DNA of 64,000 nt from NCBI GenBank assembly GCA_027604505.1, contig JADIIX010000054.1:1-64000 (forward strand), written 5' to 3'. A program made the translations under genes and the position numbers. Positions 1 to 12,574 of the stretch are shown here, one piece after another (positions within the stretch are counted from its first letter, which is position 1; each line of letters opens with the position of its first letter). The notes below the pieces were generated by a model. That model worked only from the letters and a program-made list of their open reading frames with translations. It did no database searches and was not told the origin of the DNA. Source of the DNA: Gonapodya sp. JEL0774 (lineage: Eukaryota).

Positions 1-643
1 TGGTTGTTCCGTGCATGCGGACACGTGCACCCGTTTAAGGGTTCGTCCCTGCTTGGTGGCGGGGGTTGGTGGTGGGTTGGCGTGGAGTCGAGGCTGGGGA
101 CATGAGGCGAGTGAATTGGAAAGGTGGTTCAAGACGCCGATAGGAGAGCGTCCAGGTGGGGCGATGCGTCGCCGGGTATGGTGGGCAAGGTGGTGCGGCG
201 CAAGCTGTATCTGCCGCTTCGCATGCGTGCGAAGTGCTCGTGCTTGTCGCGAGCCGGGTTGTTTGACCCATAATTTTTGGAACACGATGTGGGACCGGTG
301 TAAGCTGGTTCTGTCATCGCCATACAAGTTTTGATTCAAATTTTGAAACAATGAAGAACAAATCAACCACGCCCTCAATTGTTGTCTGGACCACCAATCA
401 ATACTGGGCAGTTGTGTTTGGACCTTGGCCTTCGTGCAAGAGTCACCCGTATCGTTAATAATCTTCCAGAGTGATTGCGGATCCTTTGAGTTCGCACAAC
501 CTCGCTCTTGGAGAGAATGACGGTTGGTGGACGAAACATGGGAATCAAAATTGATAATTATGAACAAGGAATGTACAATTTGCTCCAACTAGCTGGATCG
601 AATGAGAAGAACTATGCAAACAGGAGATCACTTCAGGATTAAT

Positions 644-3600
644 TCATTTCGCCTTTGGGTGAACAATCTCGACTAATTGTGGGATGAGTCTGAAAATGTG
701 AGACGACAAATGAGGAGGAGGTATCGAGCCATTTTTACTGGATGTGCTGCATGTCACTCACGCAGGATCCGCCAGTGTGCTCAGATCACCGAGCTCCTTG
801 ATTTCTTCCTCCGACTTGACATCTCCGCCTCCGATCTTTCTTAAAATACGTCGCATGATCTTGCCAGAGCGTGTTTTGGGGAGGTCCTAAGATGAGGAAA
901 AAGTTTGAGGTACAAAAATATCCAACAAACCCCGAGTATCCCCAACACCCACCGGTACAAGGAAGAGCGACTTGGGAGAGGCAAAAGGTCCCACTGTTTG
1001 TCTAACATGTTGAATCATACTCTTCTTCACATCTTCAATCTTGAGGTGGTGGTGGTGGGAGTGATCATGAGATGGTCCAAGTGGTGTATCGAATTCTGGC
1101 TTAAGAACCGCAAACACCGCCAAGGCTTGACCAGTGACATCATCAGGGATGCCCACGACAGCGGACTTAATGAATCACAACCACCGTCAGACAACGAAAT
1201 ATTCATTCGACCAAACAATAAAGACTTACCTCGGCCACCGCGGGATGTGATATCATGGCCGACTCCACTTCGGCTGTAGATATTCTGTGACCAGAAACGT
1301 TGATAACATCATCCACCCGGCCTCGAATCCCTGCAGGAATTGGTGAAGTTTATCAACCAAAAGCTTGATTGGAGTTTATGCAATACCACTCACAGTAGTA
1401 GCCGTCCTTATCCCTGTGCGCACCATCTCCTGTAAAGTAATAGCCTTTGTAAACCTGGAAATAGGTTTCCAAGAAGCGCTTGTGGTCTCCCAAAATCGTC
1501 CTGGCCATCGAGGGCCAACCACCAGGCTGCATCCGCAGCGCAAGAACGCCGGTGACGTCATTTCCCTTAATTTCCTCTCCAGTTGTGGCGTCAATGATGA
1601 CAGGATCAATGCCGAAGAAAGGTAGGGTGCAGGATCCGGGTTTCGTGGCTATCGCACCGGGAAGTGGAGTCTGCATGCGTAAAGAACGTGGATATCATCA
1701 GCAGTAATAGCACAGAGAGAACAGTGCCATTCTTACCATGATGATGGATCCAGTTTCAGTTTGCCAGTAGGTCTGGGTGGGAGTCAGTCTTTCTCAACAA
1801 CACGCTCGGGAGGACACGTTCAACGACAGACGTACATCAACAATGGCACATTCAGATCGACCGGGAACCTGATGATACCAAGTCCAAGCTTCCGGATTAA
1901 TGGGCTCTCCCACACTGCCCAGAACCCTTAGGGATGACAAATCGTACTTTTTGACGTATTCATCCCCAAACTTTTTGAGGGTGCGGATAGCCGTAGGAGC
2001 AGTGTACAATTGGGTGATTTTGTGTGTCTCCACACATTGCCAGAATCGGCCTGCGTCCGGGTATGTGGGGATCGATTCGAAAACGACTGTTGTGGCGCCC
2101 ATTGTGAGAGGGCCGTAGCAAATGTAAGAGTGACCCGTGATCCATCCAACATCAGCCATCTAAGAGGTACAGTAGTACAAGGGTTGGTTCCGAGAACTGT
2201 CGTTATTGCGCTGTTTAATTTGCACTCACACACGCATAGATATCTGTCGGGTGGTAGTCAAAGATGTACTTGAAAGAGACGGCGGTCTGAAGCATGTAGC
2301 CACCCGTGGAGTGAACAAGACCCTTGGGTTTTCCAGTGGATCCACTTGTGTAAAGCAAGAAGAGAGGCTGAGGAGGAACAGCACGTTGAGATGAAATTCA
2401 AGTGGGGTATACATGTACAGGTCTCACATCTTCCGGATGCATGGGCTCAGGCGGGCAGACAGGGCGAGCCTTGGCCACCTCCTCATGGTACCAAAGGTCA
2501 CGCCCCTTGTGGAAGGGGATGTTGAACTCTCCGGTGCGGCGGGACACGAGGCACTATCGCGTCAAAAAAGTGTTTGTGTTCACTCTTCTGTCGTAGTGGC
2601 GATCAACATACAGACACCACCGCACCTTCTCGATGCTAGGGCATTCAAGCAGCGCTTGATCCACTGTTCTCTTGAGGTTGATAGTTTTCCCTCCGCGCTT
2701 TCCCTGGTCTGCTGTGATGATGAGCTTGGCGCCACAGTCGTTGATACGGTCCCGCACCGCGTCAGCGGAGAACCCAGCGAAAATTACACTGCAGGGGACA
2801 TCCACATTAGAAAAAAGTGATAAATGAGTTGTGAGGATTTAATAGTCACCAGTGCACCAGTCCAAGTCTTGCACATGCTAACATGGCATAGAGTGCTTCT
2901 GGGATCATGGGCTGCGGCAAATTCCATGACTGATAAGACCTCGCGATCCACAAGTCACACACTTCTCTTCATTTAGCTCACCATGTAAATGGCCACATGG
3001 TCGCCCTTCTTGAGTCCGTACGACTTGAACACATTGGCCAGCTTGGAAACTTCGATGAGGAGTTGTTTGTACGAAATGTGGTCATGTTCACCCGGTTCGT
3101 CAGATTCCCTGTCGTTAACATTGAGCGGCAGTGCGACGCAAAACCGGTTCAAATACTTGGTAACAGGGTCCACGAAACACTTTCACTTACCAAATGATGG
3201 CAGTTTTGTCCGGTGTGGCGATCGCATGGCGGTCCACGGTGTTGACGCAAACGTTCAAAAGCCCTCCTGAGAACCAGGAAAAGTCGCCTTCAACAAAACT
3301 GCCTTGGGCGGCGAACTTCGGTGGTCTTTCCCATTCGAGGAGCTCAGCAGCCATCTAGAGGGCTGGATTAGTCATTACTTAACGGGACTCTATGGCTAAG
3401 AGTAACTTACTTTAGCCCAAAATCCTGCTGGATCAGAAATGCTTTCTTGGTAGAGTTTCATGTACTCCTCGCGGGACCGAATATGTGGTACCGGAACCTT
3501 CCCTTCAAACAGTCTGGCGGGAGGCTTGAATACGGGATCATGGTCGTGATGTACAGGCTGAAGAAAATCACTATCAGACGAGAAGTGCGATTGTGCGGCT

Positions 3601-3869
3601 TGAGATTGAGAGCTGGGAACGGAAGAAGCCGGAAGGTTTGTGTGAAGGGATGTGTGCAGGGAGCGGAGGCTGGTTGCGGGCTAATTTGAAGTTTTTACGG
3701 TTGAAGGATTCAATAAAATGAGAGAATAGAGAGAGTAACATCGCCTCACCGTCAGTCTCTGGGACGAAACGGACAACTCCCGGACACCTTTCCTCAATTG
3801 CTTTTGAACGGAACCTCGAGACGCAGTGAGAGCTCGCGCCGTGATGCTCACTACAGATGCAGAGTTCAT
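644..3869 (-). CDS. ACS: Acetyl-CoA synthetase (AMP-forming), multi-exon
   Basis: Spliced exons give [55 protein letters not shown] and [15 protein letters not shown] at 3869 ([12 protein letters not shown]...). The last exon ends ...IVHPKAK-TGA (644-646). Introns are GT-AG. Confidence 0.95.
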
Positions 3870-4439
3870 TATGACCGTATTACTTTGGGAGCGAAAAAAG
3901 TGATTCATATGAGTGATGAGGTGCGGTGAAGCGATGATGCACCACCACTCCAGTACAAAGCGATCCACCGACTTCCATTTTCATTTTCGCCTTTGTGCAC
4001 TCACAATTGGGGATACGTCGAGATCTTCGGGGGTGTTTTCTCAACAGGAAATGTTGAAAGTCCGGATGATGCGGGGAAGAGCACAACGCTGAAACTGTGA
4101 TCACGACGACGGTGACTGCTGGAGTAATTCAAGTCCAAACTCGAAACCGTCTAAGATTCGTTCCTCAATTTTTCGTTGAAAACAATTGAAGAGCGAGTGT
4201 AAAACGCAGCGCAAGAAAGGCCTTTGAAGCGGGGAGTCATGACGGAGGGCGTCTTCGCCACCTACCACTACTTCTTTGCCGTGACTTCATGCAGGGGAGA
4301 CACCGCACACCACAGAACATACACGTAATAACAAAATAACATGAGAAGTACCAAGAAAAATGAGAAGATTCAGATGCCACAAATGAAAATATATCTTTGC
4401 GTGCTGTGTGCAGTTGCAGTACTTCTGATCGAGCATGGA

Positions 4440-5711
4440 CTAGCGTTGCTTCTTACTATCTGATCCTGTGCCAATCTGACTGTCTCTGTACCATTTCACT
4501 GTCCGTTTCACACCTTCACTCGCTGTCACCTTGGGCATCCATCCAAACACGATTCTCGCCCTTTCACTGGAAAAGTTGCGATCGTAACGCCAATAGCTCA
4601 CTTCCTGTGCAGTCAGCCACGGTCGTGCCCCGTTCTCGTACCAGCCGAATATCCAAAACAGCAACTCGAGCCACCACGCCACTAGAGCCGCAAACCATCC
4701 GGACCAGGCCTTCTGGACGCGAGGCGCTCCCACATTGTCAGATATCAGGTCCAGATATTCACGCCACGTGACAGGTTCACGCGCCCACATGTTAAAAACA
4801 CGACCCGTAGCTGTAGGCTCAAGACATGCAGCGAGGACTCCATCAGCCAAGTCGTCGACGTAAACCAATCCAACGTCATTCAGGCCGTTTCCGATAGTTA
4901 TCATCGCTCCTCGCTCGACCAGTCCAATAATTCGAGATGAGGACGAAGATAAAGGGCCGTATAAGTTGGGAGTGCGGAAAATGGTTATGGGAAGGCCCCT
5001 CTCGATCCCATGGTGGACAACGAGTTCCCCGTAGCATGCTGTCGTCTGGGGACCCAAATTCGCGTCCCGTGGATCCTTTGTCTCGTCTGTACCTGCGGCA
5101 TCCAGAGCATAACCGTAAATGTCCGTTGTCGAGATATGCGCTATCCGTTTTAGTGTACCGACTGTCCGGAAGTTCTCAGAGAGACGCATGATATTTCGAG
5201 GGAGTTCTAGGTTAAAAGTGCGATAGCTTGAGGCGGTTGTTTCAATGATGTTTCATTGTTTCCGTGGGGGCAGGCATATAAATTTGACGTGGTGGGAGAC
5301 ATAATGGGTGGGCCTTGGCGAAACTCACTGTTCAAGTCTCTCCCACTCGTCCATCAACAGTGCAGCATTCACGACGTACTGTATATTTTTGCCCGCCAAA
5401 TCATCCATTCGCGCTATATCGTCCACCTCCTTCCACCTGTAAACCTTGACCTTCTTGTCCCTCACGGTTTCCCCCTGCAGTTCGGCACCCTCACGCTCCA
5501 CAAGATGAAGCTCCGCTACGTCCAGTGAGAGAAGACGACGTGCGATTGCGGCGCCTGCGCAAGAACAAGCGCCGAAAACGGCAACCCGTGAGCCTGCAAA
5601 GACCGAAAGGGAGGGAGTGGATCGCACCGGGAGGCCCGTCAAGTCCGCGATGGCAGGAACATCTGCTTCAGCTTCATTTTGAGGCTCAGGAATCGGTGGT
5701 GGCAGGAACAT
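4440..5711 (-). CDS. Extended SDR / NAD-dependent epimerase / 3beta-HSD-like protein (2 exons), with degenerate catalytic motifs
   Basis: Rossmann-like VAVFGACSCAGAAIARRL, plus VVNAA, HISTTDIYG, IFRTPNLYGP, VYVDDLADG, GRVFNM, FSSERARIVFGWMP. An intron at ~5228-5328 joins ORFs 5325..5711 and 4440..5189. Confidence 0.8.
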
Positions 5712-6076
5712 TTAAAAGCGAGATTATGAGTGCCTTTTTCAAAAGTGTACATGAATGAATTGTGCAAGTTGTTGAGTACAAGCGATGATTCAAAACGGGC
5801 CTTCTGTCCTACTATCCAACACAATTATCAAATTATCAAATTTGGAGGTTCGCAGAAAAGAAACAACGATTAAAACCATATCTCCACCCCCCCTCCGTTC
5901 CACTTTTTCCGCAATCTTGAAGGTAAGTCGGATAATACAGGTCAACGGCTTTCAGGGTTGTAGGTGGGACACAGGCATTGTCATGCCGGGCTGGCCACCT
6001 GACAAGGACCCGGCACGATCTTCAAACCCATTTCGCAGAAGCCGCTTCAAAACGCACTCAGCCTTTTTGACTCCCG

Positions 6077-9000
6077 ATGCCGCCCCGATCCGGCACAGGA
6101 AAGGGCGCTAAGACGTATGATGGCCTTTTGGCGCGGATCAACGACGCCGTTTGCCCAGACGGCAGTTCGCGGGCGAGGACGCCCCCATTGGGAAGACACG
6201 GTAACGGGGCGGCGGCGACTTCAGGAAACACCCGCAAGTTCGGGAAATTGACCATCGCAATGGCAAACCATGTGCCAAGCACTGTGGATCCGGAGTCTTT
6301 GAAACGGGCTGCCATCGTCTCGTCGCCTCAACCCATCCGCTCCCCATTACCGCAAAAGCACACTTTTCGGGACGATTCTCGGCCCGTCGTCGAGATGTGG
6401 ACACCGGACGCAGTAGAGGATAGAGAGAACCGCTTCAGTGCTGGGGACCTCACGCGGAACGCTCGGAGTCCCTCTCCTCCTTCACCTACTCCCTCAAAGT
6501 CAGGCAGGGGCACTCGCAAGTTCAGTCTGCGACCCGAGCCGATAACGAAGGCCACTCAACTTCAAAAGGAGTCGCTTTCGCTGGATGATGCCACTGTCCC
6601 GGTCTCGCTTATGGAGGACCAGCTCAGCGAGATCCTGAAGGAGGTCCGGGACAAGAGAGGTGACACGCGGGAAGATGCCGAACGTGAGCTACCAAGCTCA
6701 CTGCTGTACTAAATTAGTATTTTTCCTGATATTCACTCTCAAGACATTGCAGCTCCACATCATCCCACGACCCCACCCTCCAGCTCCCCTCTTCCGAACA
6801 ACGCCTATTTCACAGCTCCCACAACCCCAGCTTCGACGAGAACGAACTATATACCCACAAATCAGCCCCAAAGTACCTATGGCAGCCCAGCTCGCCGATT
6901 CGATCTTCTTTTGGCCGCAGAGCCCTCCGCGGAGGAAACAGAGGATCAAAACGAACATATGGCTCCAGTCCGTAGTCGTGCCCAACCCGCTCCCTCCCGT
7001 ACAACAGCTTCCACCTCAGCCCGCGCTGCTGGGATGCCTCGCTCTTCGTCGACTGCATCACTGCCTACACAGAAGTCCAGTATTGGTCGTGCGTTGCCCT
7101 TGCCAGGGAGACGTGCCCCTTCCACCAAGAGCGCTTCACCAGCGGTCGTGAAGCCTCCGCCTCCGCCAGCTCATGATACTCCCCCCAAAAAAAGACAGAC
7201 ACCAACACCCGACGTTACCTCGTACCTTGAGTTTTCAGCCGGCCTCTTCCCAGCATATCAGTCACCGGCAAAGCAGAACCTTCTCTCGAACACAGATTTC
7301 GCCAAGAGCAGCCAACCTGCAATGACGGGTGCTCCCCATCAACAGGAACGGCGATCCAACGTCCCAGAAAGCAAGACTCTGTCTCCCCCAAAGCCACAGA
7401 CCGCCACAGGTCCTCGATCGCTCAGAACTCCCGAGCAGGAAATGCGCCAGCCTTCATCTCCACACGTGCCGACACCTAAGCTCGAACTCCTTCCAGCCAA
7501 CTCTAGTTCTGCACCTGCGTCTTCTGCCGCGGGATATTCGCCCCCTGCCTCGAAAGCCGTGTTATCCTCCCTTGCACCTTCTCCTCGCTACCGTCTTCCT
7601 GCAACCCCGCGGACACCATCCCGGCTCCGATACGAGATTCGCGCCAGTTTAAGTCCTTCCTCGTCGGGTGGAGCAAGTCCAAAGGAACGTGTCAGCTGGA
7701 GTCCCATTCAGGTATCTGCTGCTCCAAGTCCTCTCAAGGTCAGTGGACGCCGCATATCGTCGTCTCCACTATCGGAGTCCACCACAGGTGATCAGAAGCA
7801 GACCGGAGAGGAAACCTGGACGTGGGGTCCCTTGGCTTTTGACAAAGAAAACTCCCTGGATGGATCTGAGGACGAAAGAGCTGCCGTAAAAGAGGTGATG
7901 GCTCATATGGGTGAAGAATTGACAAACAATGACTGGAGTGACGACGGATCACCAGGTTCAAAGAAAGGTGAGTACGAGGTTAGATTTTGCTCGATCACTC
8001 ACCCCAATCTCATCTCATTAACCCTGTTCTCACCGCCATCTCGAAAACGCAAACTGAATAATTTGTGGATCATTAGTGCACTTTCGATCTCGTGTGTCAG
8101 AGAGAACCATCTCCTTCCACACGGGATCCTCGATGGGAGAATCCGAAGCTGATAAGTGGTGGACAGACGATGGGGTTGTCGACTCCAATGAACTAAACCC
8201 GGTCTGGGGTAAGCTGAATGACGACGAGGATGGGACGATACGTGGTAGGTTGCGCGGAAGATCTAGTTCCGTGACGGGGAACTGATTACCGCTCCCATTT
8301 TCCCTATTTTACCTTGCAATGTAATTGTAAATTTGACCACGTAGTCCACTTGGATTCTTTCGACCGATTCGGTGACGAAATACTCCATGCAGTGAAGTCC
8401 CAAGGAGTTGTGCCAAATTGTGAACAAGAGGAAAGGCGCAACGTATGTTCCCCTGGCGGAGATGCCGACGAGATGGCGCATGGGACTGAGTCCTCTGTCA
8501 ACGAGCCGGAAAATCATTCATCTGTTCGTTTGGTGGGCATGGACACGCAAGAGCGATTGGACATTGGGGCAGTGGAGGAGTTAAACAGTAAGTCCACTAT
8601 CCCTGGTCCCCGACATTGGAGTCTCAATAAATGATAAATCCCACCTAGTGTCTGACCTTCATATCCTCGAAGAAGATACCTCGTTTGCTGATTTCGTGGC
8701 TGCAACATCACCTAATGGATTGGTGGATATTGACGCACAGGAGCTGGCTACGGAAGGCGCTACATCAGCATCTGCAAGGGAAAGGGGATCATTGATATTG
8801 TCCCCTCGGCGCTTTCACATGTCAGCGAACGGGAACTCCTCTCCTCGTCCTCAAGTACCGCTTTCTCAGCTCTCACCTTCCCGATCGCTAGCCGCATTTC
8901 GGTCTTCACCTGTCCGATCGCCCGCTCCTTGGAGGTCTGGGCTGGAAACTTGGACTCCGGACCGTGCACCTGCACGCTTCGAGGGACACTGCATTGTCCC

Positions 9001-12000
9001 AGATGACGATGCGATCTCAGTGGATGACGTCAATGACGCAGTGATACCTACTATAGCCACACGCTCATCCTTACCGTTACCAACAGCAAATGATTTTGAA
9101 GAGACTGCTGATCTTGACTTTGAACCACGGGCGATGTTTGAAGGGGCATTGGACGGATCACAGGCCGAATCTTCCGAAAAGGACGTGTGGGGCCAGGGCT
9201 TTGTCGACTTTGACGAGAAGGACGTGCCTGGAGGGATGGTGCTCGAGGATATGGGGTTCGGAGAAGCTGGTACGTTGTCGTTATTCTGTCTTGAATCTCT
9301 GAAATGTTTTGATCAACGCTCACTCCGTAACTCCATCACAGGTCATCTCTCGTTTCTTTCAGATAAATTGGACGATGCACGTAAAGATCTTTCTCAATTA
9401 TCTTCGGTGCATTCAGACTCGTCACTGCTGGGTGATCTCGCGACACACGTTGATCAAATGGGCATTGGTACTCCGGACGGCGGAGCTCATGTGACGCAGT
9501 TCACATCGACATCTCTTGCGCCGGCCAGTGATTCAAGGGCAATTGCTTTGTCCAGCGGTGGCAGCTCGACGCGAAGTTACGGAGACCAAAAGTCCGGTCA
9601 CCGAAACGGCGATTCCAAACCCACCCCTTTAGCATCATTCATTACACCAGAATTACCAACGCTATCGGCAAAGAAGACCGCTCTACCTACTCCAGGAACC
9701 TTTTTTGCTGCAAAGAGTGGCAAACTGGGGGCTCTTGAGGATGATGGGGGACTTACACCCGGCTCGAGAGTGAGTTTATGGTATTTCTGGGTCAAGTCTT
9801 CCATCAGACAATGAAGATGCATCATTTGTTTGGAATTCCTTAGCCGCAATTTTATTCCCCTGCAGTTCCTGGTGTGTCTGCGGTTTCGCAAACTCATGCA
9901 CAAGAAGTGTCCGCAATCGAGTCACCTGACTCCCGACCGGTAATTAAACTACCTCCCCCGGTTACACCGATAATGGGTGTGATTGCCAGAGTGGAAGCCA
10001 GTGCAGCAAAAATTGCCGAGAGTGGTGGAGGCAATCGATCACCGGTGGAAGCAGGTGTAAGTTGTAAGTTCTGTTTTATTTGAGACAGTCTTGAACTCAC
10101 TTGAATTTGTTTCCACTACCGCAAAACACACTCAGTTATTCTCGCCTCGTAAGGCCGTCGGTGTTTCTCATCAGTTCTCCTTGGCTTCTCCACCTTCCCT
10201 ACCAGCGGGACCCCATGACATTAAACGACGAGTGGCCGAATGGACCCCGGAATCAGCTCCTTCTCGGTCACGCCGAGAGAACACTGGATCGCCAAGTGAA
10301 ACAGCAGAATCTGCTAAACTCCGTTCTGAGTCTCCCGTAGCAACCGTAAACAATGGAGACTTAGTGACGGGTGATCAGCAGATGCCGCAGTCCCGAATCC
10401 CTCATATGCGGCTCCAAAGCCATTCAACCGAGGGGGATGTGGTGACCGAGACAGCGTCGTTCCCGAGTTCTATCTTTGCGCTTCCCGAGAACATTATTTC
10501 GACATCGTCACCCCCGGGACAATCTGAATCATCGTCACCCGATGGCAAGGCTTCGAAGCCCATAACTCCTGCAGCTAGCCATAGGCTCTCCTCCGAGCAT
10601 GTCAGCCCCGCAGAACGGGGCCTTGTGACACCACGAAGTGATCGCATGCCACAATTCACCGTTGCAACGACCCGTAGAGTGCTCCGCAGCACCGTTAGTC
10701 ATACCATCTTGCTTCCAGCGGTACACGGGTCGGCGTCGGTCGTCGGTCACACTCTCACTCATGGTAGCGAACAACAATCATCCTCATCAGTATCTCTTGA
10801 ATTTCCACCCACAGCTATCGGGAAATCTTCGCGATTGCGATGTGTCCTAGAGAATCCAGGCCGCGGAAACGCTGCGTGGAAGGTACACAGATGCGGTAGC
10901 GTGAGGGTTTTCGGTACCAATTCCTCAGAGCCGACCGTACCACTGCTGCTGGACTCGGATGTGTTCCGTTGGTCGGAAGAGAAAGGTGTCGTTCCGGGAT
11001 ACATTGACGGTGGCCACGCGTCCAACAACACTGTGGTCGTAAATCTAACATTTTGGCCCACGTTTGGTGGAAGTTACGAGCAGACTTTCAATGTGCGGTG
11101 CCGTGGGCGAGTTATTGTTTTGGAGGTCAAGGGTGACGGAGTTGGTAAGACTACGGCAGACGGGTTGGGAAGTGTGAAGCGCACAAGCAGTGCGAGAAGG
11201 CGGGATCCGAAAAACAGTAGTAGTATTCCACGAGCTACCCCTTTCACGACGCCTTCTGATCGTGTGACTCGGTCGACACGGTCGAGACTCCCTGCCCCTT
11301 CTAGGAGCCTCTTGAGTGGTGCCCAGTTTCTCCGACGGGTGATATCTCCACCGCCCTCCGTTAGTCAAGATGTCGAGGAGAGAGAGGAGCGGACCGAAAG
11401 TCTTGTCCGTCGGCCGCCACCTTCGACAGCGAGGAAAAGTAGTCGGCGAGGGCGCATACCATCGTACTCGCGACGGAACATTGTGGATACCGAGAAGCCT
11501 GTCGAACCCATTCCCGAAGAGGTAATTCAGGAGGAAGTGGAAGACTCAAGCAAGGTTGCGGGCGTCGCCACGCACGAAGGAGACTGGTCGGAAACGGTGG
11601 TGCAAGTTGTGGACTTTGGGACGATTCGACTTGGTGCCGCGGGCAAGATGGAGTTGCGAGCCTGCAACCCAAGTGACCGACCTCTTCTCGTGCGTGCTCT
11701 TCGTGCGACGGCACAGCACGGAACGTCCACCTCGAGCAACTTACCACCCCATGCGACGACAATTTGTTTCGCTTTACCGTTCAAAGCGTTGAGCATCCCC
11801 GCGAATTCATTTGTGCCGTTCCCTATCTTGTATCGTCCCGACCGCACTGGGCCGGCGGAGGAAACGGTGGTTCTTGTTTCTGCCACGGGAACCACAGTTG
11901 GTCTCGCGGGCAAGAACGGAGAGGTCCTGGGGAATGGCACAAACGTGGTTGGTGGAGGTGCCAGAGTGGAACTGATTCTCAAGGGATACTGCACCATGCG

Positions 12001-12004
12001 GTGA
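6077..12004 (+). CDS. Large Ser/Pro-rich protein with two C-terminal ASH/PapD-like Ig domains (CEP192/SPD-2-like, tentative), multi-exon
   Basis: Consecutive + strand ORFs (6077, 6911, 8314, 8648, 9874, 10091) separated by GT-AG introns. The last exon has the ASH-type patterns LEFPPTAIGKSSRLRCVLENPG...VVNLTFWPTFGGSYEQTFNV and VDFGTIRLGAAGKMELRACNPSDRPL...FPILYRP. Gene existence is well supported; orthology is uncertain. Confidence 0.6.
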
Positions 12005-12574
12005 ATGCGGCTTTGAATTTATTTGCAGTCGCAAATCTTTTCAGTTCGCAGTTGTGAGAGACGCCGCTCGCGTATTATGGCTCGCATTGTAAAATAACTT
12101 GGCTCATTATGACATATTTCCCACATATCAGCAATTGTCTTGAATGCATTCTGACATGTCATTATCTGGTTGAATCTTCAGTCGCGTCCGCCCCGCTGGT
12201 AGATTATGATAGTACACGAACTTCAAGCATGAGTTGAATACTCTGTGGATTTTCTTTTTTCTAGAGTGAGCGTGTGCAATAAATCACAGCAATTTTGTCG
12301 AAGTAGTCGGGGACTCTGTTGTTTATTTCTCCAGGCGGGGGCGGATATGTATGGGGCCAGCATGTGTGGCGTTTGGGACGTGTCAGTGTGGTGGCTTCGA
12401 TTGCATCGTTTTTCTCCGAACTTTCGCCCCCGTCCCGTCCGCCGAAGTTCCCAGAGGACGGGCGTTTTCCCACTTTTTTATTATTCTCGAAGGCCATTTT
12501 GCATCTAAGGGAGAGCTTTCATATCGACCAGTCAACTCCCGCTCCTCTGGAAGCTCGGCGCTTCCCCAAACACT

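Noticed and set aside
1..330. Open minus-strand frame running off the left edge
   Set aside because: No in-frame ATG or recognisable motif; cannot be supported from this window.
600..660. Peroxisomal PTS1 or stop-readthrough signal at the ACS C-terminus
   Set aside because: The protein ends PKAK, not an SKL-like tripeptide, and the readthrough extension does not end in a PTS1.
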